64,000 nucleotides of DNA from Camelus dromedarius (Eukaryota): positions 74,464,001-74,528,000 of the forward strand of contig NC_087436.1 of the NCBI RefSeq assembly GCF_036321535.1, written 5' to 3'. Position numbers and translations under genes: made by a program. Within the stretch, counting starts at the first letter, position 1. Each line of letters starts with the position of its first letter. The notes beneath the pieces are model-generated. The model saw only the letters and a program-made list of their open reading frames with translations, did not search any database and was not told where the DNA came from. Positions 1 to 12,740 of this stretch are shown in pieces.

Positions 1-879
1 CACCATCTGGCAAGAACCTACTTGAAGGTGAAGCCAATATGGCGTAGGGCGGATCCAAAGAACTAGGCTGATGACATTGTTTGAACCCTTGGATCCAGAT
101 GTGCCAGAAACTTTGAAATTATATAAACCAACAAACTCTGAGTTGGGTTTTCCCTTCCTTATAATTAAAAGAACACTGCCTAATGCACCCTTTGAAATTT
201 CAATCAGTATAATCCATGCACAAAGTGAATGTGATTAGATGTCTTACACCAAAAGGTGATGGAAGAATTTGATTCTACTCCCAACTTCAATCAAGGAAAG
301 GTGCCTATTTCTAGGGAGTTGGGACTAGAATATCATGGTAATTTAGGAAGAGGCAGAAACATAATGAATTATACAGTAGCCCAAATTGTGGTCTATTGTG
401 TGAACAGAAGAAAGGCAGGCAGCCTGGAGCATGAAGACTAAAAGTCAGAAATCAGCTTTGCCCTTTTAAGCTCAGATAAGGAGAAAAGGAACCCTGGCTT
501 ACAGACTCAAGTTCTTCTAGCAGATTTTTACCTGGGGTGGATCAGCCAACCACAGCTTCAAGTTCAAATTTCAATGTTCAGCCAACAACTTTGTGATGAT
601 AACGCCCCCTTAAAACAGTATCCAGGGAGAAAACCTGTTTATTCCATCAATATCAAAGGTGCACAATGGGTTGAGATCTCACTCTAAACAAATAAATTGA
701 CTTTTTGGTTTTATATACCAAACTCCCTAAACTTGGCTAATCTGAGCTTTCCTCTTGTGCTGTGAGGACAGAATTAAATTTCTGGCCCAGGAAACTGATG
801 GTCAGATCCCAGATGATGCTGACTTCATCCTGTGAGTTCTCTTTGGACATAGGTGTTTTAGTGTCTGTAATTTATTTTA

Positions 880-1366
880 TTTTATTTTTTGTTGACATAT
901 AGTTGGTTTACAATGTTGTGTTAATTTCTGGTGTATAGCATAGTGATTCAGTTTTTTATATATATATATATATTCATTTTCATATTTTTTCATTATAGGC
1001 TATTACAAGTTATTGAATATAGTTCCCTGTGCTGTATAGTAGGACCTTGTTGTTTACCTATTTTATATATAGTAGTTATAGTATCTGCTAATCCCAAACT
1101 CTCAATTTATCCCTCTAGCCCCTCTTTCCCCACTGGTAACCATAAGTTTATTTTCTATGTCTGTGAGTCTGTTTCTGCTTTGTAAATAAGTTCATTTGTG
1201 TAATTTTTTTTAGATTCCACATATGTGATATCATATGGTATTTTTCTTTCTCTTTCTAGCTTATTTCACTTAGTGTGAAAATCTCCAGGTCCATCCATGT
1301 TGCTGCAAATAGCATAATGTTATTCTTTTTTATGGCTGAGTAGTGTTCCATTTGTGTGTGTATGTG

Positions 1367-1401
<35 letters not shown>

Positions 1402-1629
1402 ATATAAAACATTTTCTTTATCCAATCATCAGTCAATGGACATTTAGGTTGCTTCCATGTCTTGGCTATTGTAAATAGGTGCTGCTATGAACATTGGGAT
1501 GCATTCATATTTTCAAATTAGAGTTCCCTCCAGATATATGACCAGTAGTGGGATTGCTGGATCATAGGGTAAGCCTATTTTTAGTTTTTTAAGGACTCTC
1601 CGTTACTGTTTTCCATAATGGATGCACCA
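880..1629 (-). mobile_element. 5'-truncated LINE-1 (artiodactyl-type 3' end) containing a (TG)n microsatellite
   Basis: L1 3'UTR/ORF2-end sequence with a T-rich tail on the left. Exact 14-bp TSD tgtaatttatttta at 866-879 and 1630-1643. Confidence 0.92.
1353..1401. repeat. Interrupted (TG)n microsatellite
   Basis: Read directly from the sequence. Confidence 0.9.
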
Positions 1630-2848
1630 TGTAATTTATTTTAAAACATTTCAGTGTTTACCATTTGATGTTACATCTGTGTTTCTTAGTTAATACCCTG
1701 GGACTAATCAAGAAAGTGCAGTGAAGAAACAGGCAGCTAGCATCTCATCAGAAAGTGCCCTGCTCTGGAACCTTTGCGTGCTTTTGCATTATCACACCGC
1801 AACCAATAACCAATAGGTTTACAACAAGTATACTCAGTGTCAGAGGTGGGCTTTTATTGGTAAGCGAGTGATGTTTAAATGCACATTACTGTTAGAAATA
1901 GGCTTTCAGGGGTGAATTAAAGGAATTCAAGGTAGGTGAAGTGGCTTGACAATATTGTAAAGGTAATCCCTACCCTTACATGAACAAGGTCTAAAAATCC
2001 AGCCAGGCCTGAGCCTGAATCTTTAGTGATAGTGCCTGAGGATTGCTTGCTAAACAGTTCCCATGACAAGCCATTGATTTATAAGATTTCTGATTGTCTG
2101 ATGCCCACTAGAAACCACAGAACCCTTCCTGGAAGAAACCTTTCATGTGGAGTCTGGTGGAAGGCCCTCAAATCACTGTGATCTGGGACTTAAACTCCCA
2201 AAACAATTGTATGAACTCTGTTGTGCCTGCAGACTACTGAATACTTATCTAATAATGTCTGTATATGGGACAGGATTTGGTCTGACCCTGGCTTTCATTA
2301 TAACCTGGTAGTGAAGTATGGGGAAGTAGCCCATCTTAACCTTCCTCAAAACCTCTATGGGGGCTACTAGTGTCTACCAACGAGAACCTCAAAGTTGACC
2401 AAAGTGTCTTATTCAGATCTCACCACCAGGCTACAATTCCCACTCCACACAACGACTACAATACCCTGGGCCTTTCGTAGTACAAGTTAATGGCTGGTAC
2501 ACAGAAAGGTCCTTAGCAAATACTGGTTAATACATCTGATGAGTAAATCAAGGAATAGAAGATTTAAGTGAGTGAATGGATGGACCTGGAAAGTAGTCTA
2601 GAATGATCATTGCAGGTACTGAGGCCCTACTCTCCAACTTTCTTCATAAAGCTTTCCCCTCCTAATCTGCTCCCACCATTATAAACAAGTGAAGTTTACC
2701 CTTTAGGTTGGATCATCTTAAATCTCTTGGGATATAAAGTCTTCAAAGGCAGAAATTATGTTTTCTGTATTCTGTATAAAACCCAATGTGCCATCTTTAT
2801 ATTCTGAATATTATAGAGTACTTCTGAGTATTTCTATAACATTATACA

Positions 2849-3188
2849 CAGTTATCCCTTGATATCCATGGAAAATTGGTTCCAGGACCTACCCCCACCC
2901 AATACCAAAATCCACACATGCTTAAGTCTCTTATATAAGACAGTGTGGTATTTGCATATAACCTACACACATCCTCCTGTAAGCTTTAAATCATCCCTAG
3001 ATTATTTATAACACTTGATACAGTGTAAATGCTGTGTAAATAGTTTTCAGTACAATGTTGATGCTATGTAAATACTTGGCAACTCAACGTAAATTTAAGT
3101 TTTGTTTTTTGGAACTTTCTGAAATTTTTTTTCAAGTATTTTTGATCTGCCATTGGTTAAATCTATGGGTTCCATGGAGGGCTGACTA
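2849..3188 (+). mobile_element. MER2 (TcMar-Tigger non-autonomous DNA transposon)
   Basis: Starts cagttatcccttgatatccatgg...ttggttccaggacc...ataccaaaatccac and ends catggagggctgacta followed by TA; matches the MER2 consensus as I recall it. Confidence 0.85.
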
Positions 3189-4674
3189 TATCACAGACTA
3201 TTTGTATAGTATTGTGTAAAACCCAATGTGCCAAAACAGGATGTGTTTCATGAGGACTGACTGCTGATGATGTGAGCCTAATAATGATAATAATAAAATT
3301 AGCTAATACTATTAAGCATCTACTAACACCAGGCACTATCCAAGTGCTTTGTAAGTGCTAGGTCATTGTTTCACACAGTATCCCCGTAAAGGTAGCATTA
3401 TTATTTCTGTTTGACCATTGAAAATTCCAAGAAGTTACATTACTTGACCAAGGTCACATGGCTCATAAATTCCAGGGCCGGTGTAACCCCACGTCCACGC
3501 CCTGGTCATTAAGGTTGTGGAATCTCTGGCTGTGGGAGGTTCACCAGAAGGTCTAGACTCTAGATCAACTGCTTTGCTCTGCCCCATGGAGTTAATCAAT
3601 TCCTGCCCTAATTCTGAGGATTTAAATGCATGCCCTTTTCTCTCCCCTCCTTGGAGAATTCAGGTTTCTTATGAAGAACAACATCAGACTCCTCCAGGAC
3701 ACCTGTCTGTATGATCTTTAAATGCTGACAATTTGGGGACCCCTCGGAACCCCAAGATTTAAAGAGAAGGTCTATTGTCCTCTTGGAGAAGACCTTGCCT
3801 CACCTCAAGCACTAATGGCTTTTTTTTTCCCTCTTGGATTGCTGGGAAGTGATTTGGAAAGCAAACAATGCCATGCTTTCTGAAGGGTGTTACATAGGAA
3901 ACAGATGTTCAAATTCAGCTTGGGTTCATGTTCTTTTGTGGAGACTAATTTCTTGGCTCACTTCTCTGCCTGTGGTACGGCCGCCTGGCTGATACTTGGT
4001 GGGGACTGAGTCCCAACAAAGCAAAGAGGATAACAGGCTTCGGAGCAGGACATGTGAGGAGACCACCGCTGGCTCCCCCAGGCAGCAGGAGAAGCCAGCC
4101 TCGGCCACCGGAGTGTCACTGGCTGCCCGCCTTGCCGGCTGAGCGCCCACGCCTCGCGCCAGGACTTTCAGCATGACGGATGGCGACAGGCTGGCGGGCC
4201 CCCTGCACAGCCGTGACCTACGACCGTGCAAGGCATGGACCCACAGGAAGAAGGACATTGGATGGGCAAGACATTTCCAGGGTTTCAGAACTGGGATGAG
4301 AAGCTCTCTTCCTAATTGATTGGAAACTGTGGAAGATAAGCTGCATTTCCTCCCATCTGCCAGCTGACCTAGGAAGCCCTCCTGTTTCCAACAGCCACTT
4401 TTACATCCCTCTCCCAACACACCATGAGCTCATACTGTTAATGCTCTTTCAGAATGATGTGGGGAAGGAAATCATGTCGGGGCCAGGGGGGTCGTGGCAA
4501 AGGGGACTATGTTTCATCAGATTTTCTTTTCCTTTGAAGTTGATTGATTTCCTATGTTGAATTTGAACAAACTACCAATAGACTTTTGAACTGTATACAT
4601 GAACTTTCTAGTTATCTCCATTAATAGTTCATCTTACTGACCAAAAGTATTGCTGGCTTATTAAATGGATGTTG

Positions 4675-5400
4675 GAAGATATAAATAAATATAAGAGGAA
4701 ACATCTAAAGTTCCTATATTTGCACCACCCAGAGACAGCCACTGTTAACATTATATATGTATTTTCAGTATAAAAAAAATGAACAGAAAGGTTTGTTTTA
4801 CAAAACTAGAATCCCATGGAATCCTATCATACATCAATACATATTGCTTAATAATTTACTTTCCACTTAATAATACCTTACAAGTGTTTTCCGTTAGATG
4901 TAAACATTCTTTGAGAACAAGAGTTTTTAATTATTGTTGCAAATTTCAATCATACCCCAAGGCATACAGAATACCATAGTTAACCTCCATGTACATGTGA
5001 CCCTCACTTAACTTTAAAATTACTAAGATTTTTTGATCTTTGAATATAATTTTAATGGCTACCTTATATTCTAACACATAGATGTAGCATTGTTAATTTA
5101 ACCAATTCTGTTGTTGAACATTCGTGTTGTTTTTCATTATTATAAAAAAAACACTGCAAATATCTTGCTGAATAAGACTTTATGCAAATAAGATAATTTC
5201 CTCGGGATAAATTCCTGAAAATAAAATTACTTAATTAAAGAGGAGGAACTTTTTAAGGCTTTTGAAACATGTTGCCAAAATGCATATTAGAAAGTTTGTG
5301 TTAATTACCTTACTTCCTCCCAGTAAGTTTATGAGTGCTATTTCACCACACTCTCAAATAACTAAGTATTAATCTTTAAACCTGCATTTTCCTGTTGGAC
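4675..5400 (-). mobile_element. Old L1 (L1ME-like) 3' fragment
   Basis: Degenerate L1M 3'-end motifs (cccagagacagccactgttaaca; ttcctcgggataaattcctgaaaataaaattac; gttgccaaaatgc). Boundaries approximate. Confidence 0.6.
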
Positions 5401-6099
5401 AGGTTGACTGACAGATTGGTATTCTCTCTCGGTGACCACCAACCCCCATCCCTCAAATTAGCTACAGAGAGACTGGTTCTCATATCAATCAGATTTACTT
5501 GGGGCTGAAATCAAAATAAGACTAGAGAAAAATACTATTCTTTGTTCTACATATTTCCCCTATCAAAAAATACACCCTACTTATCCCATACATGTGGTCC
5601 TGGTGCCTGGCATCTGTACCCACTTAGAAGAGCAAGAATTCTTTATTTTGGCAGCAATGGAGGACAGCTGATGAGCCACAGATCCTGGCAGAAGTGGCAC
5701 CAGCCACCTGTCTAGGACTGGAGCAAAGCATCGGGTCCTGGCTAACACTGTGCTCAGATTTGCACGTGCCTTCTTGTTCTCTCGGCCTGCATCCAGACTT
5801 ACAAATCAAATCTCCAGAAGTCTGTTCCAACACAGCTTACAAACACGTTTCAATGGGCAGAGGGAAGTTCAGGACACAAGGATGGCTTACGAGAGAAAAC
5901 TATTCTGAAAGAACGGAGATGCCCCTCAAATCACTTCACCCCCTCCTCTGGCCTTGGCAAGCAAGAGAGAGATCTGAAAGGATGCCAGAAGAGTCCCAGC
6001 ACTGGAAACTGGGCTCTGGACAATAAAGGGACAGGGAAAGCTGCAGAAACTGGTCTAAAACATGAGGCCAGGGCATGCGAATTTCAATCCAACAACTTA

Positions 6100-6375
6100 C
6101 GTTCTCACTAGAATGTAAGTTTCAGAAACTATAAAGAGGAGCCAGTTAAAATAAGAAAACTCAATTGCTGAGATGAAAGCTGAGCTAAAGGCAATAAACA
6201 GCAGACTAAATAATGCAGAAGAACAAATAAGGGATCTGGAAGATAGAGTAATAGAAAATAAGCTTCATAAGGACAGAATTTTGTCTTTTTGGTTCATAGA
6301 TTTATCCCAAAGGTAAGAAAAAACACCTGACACACTGTAGGCACTTAATAAATACTTACTGAATGGATTCATTAA
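6100..6375 (+). mobile_element. L2 3' end interrupted by a 134-bp L1 ORF1 fragment (6125-6258)
   Basis: cactagaatgtaag...[insert]...taagcttcataaggacagaattttgtc...gtaggcacttaataaatacttactgaatg is a typical L2 3' end. The insert translates to an L1 ORF1 coiled-coil segment. Confidence 0.8.
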
Positions 6376-6493
6376 ATGAGAAGAAAGAATTGGGAAAACC
6401 ATACATTCAACAACTATGTATTAAAAACTTAATATATGTATATCATTGAGTTAGGAGCTGAGCAGACTCAAAGAAGGATTAAAAGACAAACCA

Positions 6494-6625
6494 GGAGAGG
6501 GGGTGGTAGAGCATGTGCTTAGCATGCCCAAGGTCCTAGGTTCAATCCCCAGTACCTCCATTAAAAAAATAATAATAAATAGATAAATAAACCTAATTAT
6601 CCACCCCCCAAAATTATATATATAT
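6494..6625 (+). mobile_element. Vic-1-like camelid tRNA-derived SINE
   Basis: gtggtagagcatgtgcttagcatg...ggttcaatccccagtacctccattaa...aacctaatta...ccccc; box B intact. Confidence 0.88.
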
Positions 6626-6634
6626 AAAAGATGA

Positions 6635-7019
6635 TGTATTAGTTTCCTAGGGCTGCTAGGACAAATTAGCACAAACTGGGAGGCTTAACACAACAGAAAT
6701 TTACTCTCTCACAGTCTGGAGTCTAGAAGTCTGAAAGAGAATCCTTCCTTGCCCCTTTCTGGTCCTGGTGGCTCCTCAGCTGTGGCAGTTAAACCCAATC
6801 TCTGCCTCCATCTTCACATGGACACCTTCCCTGTGTTACTGTGTCTTTCCCTGTCTTTTATAAGGATACTCTCCTTGGATTTAGGGCCCACGCTAAGCCA
6901 ACAGGATCTCATTTCAAGCCTGATCTTAATTACATCTGCAAAGACTCTAATTCCAAATAAGGTCACATCCCCAGGTTCCATGATTTTAATTTTTGGGTGA
7001 CACTATTCAGCCCACTGCA
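6635..7019 (-). mobile_element. MaLR solo LTR (MLT1-type)
   Basis: tgtattagtttcctagggctgc...cactattcagcccactgca with TG...CA ends; near-TSD gatga/aatga. Confidence 0.85.
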
Positions 7020-7044
7020 AATGAGTGGAACAACAGTAATGATG

Positions 7045-7047
7045 AAA

Positions 7048-7094
<47 letters not shown>

Positions 7095-7095
7095 A
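7045..7095. repeat. (AAAT)12 microsatellite
   Basis: Read directly from the sequence. Confidence 0.95.
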
Positions 7096-7504
7096 GTATT
7101 TATTTGAGACCAAGATTCCTCCAAACCAATATTCGGCCAAAGACTCAAAATTTTCTGAAGCCAGACTGCAGAACAACCCCTGATGAATACATAGGAAAAT
7201 AGAAAACTTCACATTGTAGGGTTCCCAATATACATGTGATCTTCTGAAGTGAATTCCCAAAAACTGAAAACAATTTAAAACACACATAGAAAGCATAAAA
7301 TGAGAAATACAGCTTCAAAATTATATATGAGCTTGAAATGAGCTACTTACTATTTAGAAAGATTGAACAATTAAAACCATGAAGTCTGGGTTAGATTCTT
7401 GGTTTCTTAACTTACCTGCTCTGGGATTTGGGGCCTATTACCACCCTTCTCCTTTTCCTTATCTGTAAATTAGAGTTAACAATACTGCCTGCCTTCTGGG
7501 ATTG

Positions 7505-8405
7505 TGTAAAGAAAACCTCAGTTTTCCTCCTGTGTTTTCTCCTTTCCTATCAAACTAGTATCACACTCAGATAAACAGATGGGGAGAGGGGGTTCCCACA
7601 CTGAGCAACACTTGGTGACATCAGCTGTGTGTCTTACAATTTAACTCAGTCCCGGTACTATCTACCTGGAGATAGCTTTAGATCTCACAGGTTAAGGGCT
7701 CAGTCCTACAGGACTGTTCCCATCCCACATCAGATGCCAGTCACAAGTCCAGGCTGTCATCTGTGTGTCTGACAGATGGGCTTTATACATTGGAGGTTCC
7801 CACGACCCCCTCCTCAGGATTAATTTATTTGCTAGAGCAGCTCAGGGAACTCAGGGAAACAGTTCACCTCCTGTTGACCAGTATATTATAAAAAGAAATG
7901 ATAAGGGATACAGATGAACATCCAGATGGAAGAGATGCGTAGGGCAAGGTGTGCTGGAGCTTCCATGCTCTCTGTGGGTGTGCCCCTCCCCCAGCACCAC
8001 AATGTGTTCACCAACCTGGAAGGTATCCGAATGAACCCCGTCCTTTTGGGATTTTTATGGAGGCTTCATCATGTAGGCATGATCAGTCATCAACCTATTG
8101 CCAGACCCTCTCCCTTCTCTGGAGAATGGAGAGTGGGGCTAAAAATTCTAAGCTTCTAATCAGGCTTGGTCTTTCCAGTGACCAGCCCCCACCCAAGAAC
8201 CCACCCAGAGTCACCTCATTAGGACAAAAGACACTGCTATCTCCCAGGAAATTCCAAGGGACTTAGAAACAGGGTCAAAGACCAAAGGTCAGAACAAAAG
8301 ATGCTCCTAGTCCTCTTGTCACTTAGGAAATGTCTGTAGTTTTAGGAGTTCCCTGCCAGGATCCAGGGACAGAGCCAATATATATATAGTTTCTATTATC
8401 TCACA
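7505..8405 (-). mobile_element. MER21-family ERVL solo LTR inserted into a MIR
   Basis: TG...CA termini and an exact 5-bp TSD gattg at 7500-7504 and 8406-8410. The minus strand begins tgtgagataatagaaactatatatatattggctctgtccctgg, like MER21. The flanks (~7380-7504, 8411-8500) rejoin into a MIR core. Confidence 0.85.
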
Positions 8406-8657
8406 GATTGGTATAAAGATGAAGAGATAACGCATATAGAGTACTTAGTTTAGGACCTGTCATGTGGAAACTGCTCAATAAATGTCAACTCATTATTTTA
8501 AGATGCTGATAGCAGTGGAGAATAAATCTGATGAGGAGAGAGTTATGAAGCTAGAGACCAAGAGCATATTTTAAGAGCTGAGCAAGAGAATGTTTACATT
8601 TTAAGAAGAAAAAGTAATTTATGCTTTCCAGGGCCTGGCCTATATTCCTACTAACTG

Positions 8658-9091
8658 CAATATCTAGAATGTGGTTTGGGGACATCTGGGAATTCCCAAA
8701 ACCCTTTGGAGTCTATAAGTCCTTTTTCACTCTCGTTCCCTCATGAGGGTGCTATGGAGTTTCCTAGATGCTTCATGACCTGTGATGTCACACCTGATCG
8801 AACGCAAAAGCAGATATGAGAATCCAGCTGTCTTTTATTAAGCCAGACATTAAAGATGCCAGCAAAAATGTAAAACAATGACACTTCTATCACAGAATTT
8901 TAAAAATTATGCTGACATATACATTTATTATTGCTATTTTAAAATAAAGAAATTAAAATGTTAAAAATTTCTGCTTTAATTTTAGATACAGTAAATATCA
9001 ATAGATACAACCTACATAAAAGCTCTTTGGAATTCTCGGTAATTTTTAATAGTGCAAAAGTGTCCTAAAACTGAAAAGTTGGAAATCTGTG
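8658..9091 (+). mobile_element. hAT-Charlie element (Charlie1b-like)
   Basis: gcagatatgagaatccagctgtcttttattaagccagacattaaaga and the 3' end aaaagctctttgg...aaaagttggaaatctgtg match Charlie1 as I recall it. Confidence 0.75.
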
Positions 9092-9769
9092 GTCTAGAGG
9101 AACATACAACATGCCTCAGGGCCCCATAGCTTTGCAATGTGCCAGGCAATCACTGGATAGAAGTGGGCTCTAGGTTTACATTTAGGGATTATTATCTCAC
9201 TGGCATGATTTTTAGGAATTTTATGCGGAAAGCAATGTGGAATCAAAGCTTCTATGATATATCCATTTCCTTTGCTTCTGAGCTCCTTAGCTGCAAAAAT
9301 CAGCGATCCCCTCAGGATAGTTCAAGCAAAGAACAAAAAGTCCACCACTGAAAACTCAGATTGTGACATCGATTCATGCTCTCAGTGTCCAGCTTAAATG
9401 CCCCTTATTTCACATCCTTTCTTCATTCATACTGGAGTCACCAATTTCATTAGCAATAAATTGAAACCACTTAAGACTTTACTCAGAAGTTAGATCACAC
9501 CTTTGCTTTTTGTTGTCTTTGTTATGGTTCTAGAACCCCTGACATTTCTTTCCATGATAGACATGGTCATATTTTATGCCATGTGACCCCATCTTAACTG
9601 ACCACAGCAGATTGAACCGTACACTTAATCCAAAGATAGCCATTTGTGGCTTGTCTATGATGTGTGTTCTCTGGTAGTCTGACGGTAACCTCCCTGTCCT
9701 TTTTTTTTTTTTTTTAATCACCTAGAAGCATGCTCAGATTTCTCTGATTATTAAAAAAAAAAAAAATAC

Positions 9770-10095
9770 AAGGGGCTGATTTAAAAAACAGATTCCCAGA
9801 CCTCTTCTGTCTTGGAGATTCTGATTCAGATGTTTGGATAGGGCCTGTTGAGTGAGTGTGTTCAACAAGGTTCCAGGTGTGTCTTATCATCAGGGATGCT
9901 TAGAAAACAGGTGCCTGTTTTATAAAGGCATTGGGAAGTCCCAGATATGGAAAAGAGCAGGAATTTTCAGTGTTTAGTGACCATACCAGCTGCTTGGATC
10001 CACCACATAGATTCTGATTAAGTAGATTTAGACTGGGGCCCAGGAATCACCATTTTATTCCCTCAGATGTGTACACTCGACTTTGAGAACAGCCA
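9770..10095. mobile_element. Two adjacent MER5-like hAT-Charlie fragments
   Basis: Motifs cagattcccagacc...gattctgattcag and gattctgattaagtag...tggggcccaggaatc...ctttgagaac. Confidence 0.6.
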
Positions 10096-11624
10096 GTAAT
10101 GAGGTAGTTTCATCAGATCATTTTGTTTCTGCCAGTCCCTACCATGAAAGAATGGAATTTTTTAAAAATACAAGGTAAATAATGGAGTGAGGATAATTTT
10201 GGAGTAGATTTTGCTATCCCTGTTATGGGGGAGGATTGAGCAGGATGAGGGGCTGGGAGGAATTTAAAGACGGCTCTGGGATATTTAGGGCCTGAGGCTG
10301 GGGCAAGGGCAGGGGCACAGACAGAGAAGTTCCATTCCTTTCCTCCCTTGTGGCAGCTGCTCCATCCAAACTCTATGAAACATGATCACCGACTGACACT
10401 GAGCTTGTACCTGACCAATCAGACCCAGTTGGGAGAGCCACGTGACGTTGTTAATGTCTTTGTAAACCGCAGCACAGATTCCGTCTTGGAGAAGATAGCA
10501 GATTACACCCTGAGGTTCCCAGGCCCTGGAATCTAATTAGTAGCAGCACACAGGCCACCCCAGCTGGAAATCAGGATGCCAGTTCTCAGAGAGTTCTTAT
10601 CTTTACTATCAGACGATCACATCACTTATTTTCCAAGAAGGTCCAATTACACTTTGCTTATTCTCCTTCCTAGAAAGAACTTAATCACTTGTGCCAGCTT
10701 GACTTGTATAATAGACATTTGTTTATCCTACTAGAAAAGCATTCTCTGCTCATCTCTCAGGATTCACAATGAACATCTTCCTCCTGGTTTCTCTCAATCT
10801 CAGTCCCTGCCTCTTGGGTCTGGACCCACGGCTCCACAAGACAAGCTTTATTTTTCTGGGTAGCAATCTATCTGCATCTATCAAACTATGTATCAGCCTA
10901 TTTATTTTGTTTTCTGCCTCCATCTACTAGAATGTAGTTTCTACATGAGGGCATAGTTTTGGTCTGTTTTGTTCTCTGAGCCTAAAACACTGCCTGGTTC
11001 TTAGTAGACCCTTGGGAAATATTTGCTGAAGGGATGAATAAATGAGTTTTATTTCTGTCCATTTGAGGGAGGAAAGAGGGGAATCACTGAAGCTTTGCTG
11101 AGTCAATGGACAGGAGAGAGGGGTGGGAACTAGGGTCCAGGGTTAGACAAGGAATATTATTTAAAGAAATAAGAGATACCATGGCAAAGAGACAGTTGGA
11201 ACCGAAAGTTAATGTAGAGGAGCTTCAAGGCCCCAATCCTGGGTGAACACAAAGTACTAAGCCCAAAGGGCCAGTGGACAAGAACTAAGGTTGGGACCAC
11301 AAAGCCCAGAGATGGACATAGGTCAGCAGGGAGTAGAAGGAAAGGAAGGGGCAGGTACACCAGCACGGTTACACCTGAACAACCAAATTCTGCTTCCTAC
11401 TGGTTTCCCCTTGCAAAAGTAGGGCTTTAAAAACTGGTTTTTGTTTTTTAATTTACATTGAGAAGTAGCAAGTTATTATTGGTTATTATTTCTTCTAAGT
11501 GATAGAGAAATACAATACAAGAAAGGGTAAACTGGTAACAACATATCATGTTTCCCCCGATTATTGTACTGTAAAACCTGACAAATTCATAACTGTTGTG
11601 AGATCTAGTTTGAATCTCAGAGGG

Positions 11625-11970
11625 TTTTTTTTTTAATGTTTCACTTTTTAGTTTGAAACAACTCCAGACCTCCCAAAAAAGTTGCAAAAAGAAAAAAGAA
11701 TTTCTGTATACCAGATTCCCCAAATGTTATCATTTACCATGTTTACCATTCCTTCCTGCTGTATACTTCTTTCTGAACCACTTGCGAGTAAGATGTAGAT
11801 ACAATGTTCCTCTGGCTCTAAACATTTCTGTATATACTTCCTAAAAACAAGGACTTTTTTTGACAGAACAATGATCAAACTCAAGAAATTAATGTTGATT
11901 CACTACTATTTTCTAACCTATGGACCTTATTCAGATGTTGCCAGTTATCCCACTAATGTCCTGTTCAGCA
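11625..11970 (-). mobile_element. Old L1 (L1MC-like) 3' end
   Basis: aagttgcaaaaag...ccagattccccaaatgtt...ctgaaccacttgcgagtaag...gttatcccactaatgtcc. Confidence 0.7.
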
Positions 11971-12740
11971 TCTTGCAGGAACGGGCCTGCACTATAACCC
12001 ACCGCTGTGTCAGTCACTGGCTGTGAGCTGCTCAGAGCAAACACTGCGGGAGATCTGGAGAGCTGGGGCTGTCAGTGAACTCTCTTCCCTCCTGCACCAA
12101 GAGATCTGGGTGGTGAACTTTTGTGGCTGCCAAAGGCAGTCTTCTTGTGACCAAATGAAAAAGGCTACGAGCATCCCAGAGGTTCACCCTGAACAGGGTT
12201 GGACTGTTGACCCCGTGCCAGCAACCGCCTACCTCCAGATCTCTTGCCAGGCCAGAAACATAAATCCCTATGTGTTTAAGCCACTGTCAGCCAAGTCAAG
12301 ATTTTTGTTATTTATGGCCAAAACATTCCTAACTGATATAATCCTCTAAAAGTGGAAAAAAACCCAGCTTTTTATATCTATGCACACGCGCACACACATA
12401 CATTCAAACTGCTCTTAAAAAAATTGAACGAATGAACTATGTAGTATGTGGGTGCACCTGCTTCCCCTCGGCATTTCTAACATATTTCATTACTGAAATT
12501 TATTTGGATGACTTTAATAGGCATAACACCTTTCTTTAGCAACAAATCTCACAGGATCACAGAACTTCAGAAGAAAACTGAGTGACTATCTCATCTAAAA
12601 ACCCTTCACAGTATGTTCAATTTTAAGAAATGTGTTGAGAAGTAACAGAAGTAGTCACAAAAGGGGACAGGATGATGTAACAGCAGGCAGCAGAAGCAGA
12701 TGAACTCAGTAAAGGTACTTCAATGATGTCAAAGGTAAGT

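Noticed and set aside
3926..4420. 164-aa minus-strand ORF as a gene or pseudogene
   Set aside because: No similarity to any protein I recognise; explained by local GC richness.
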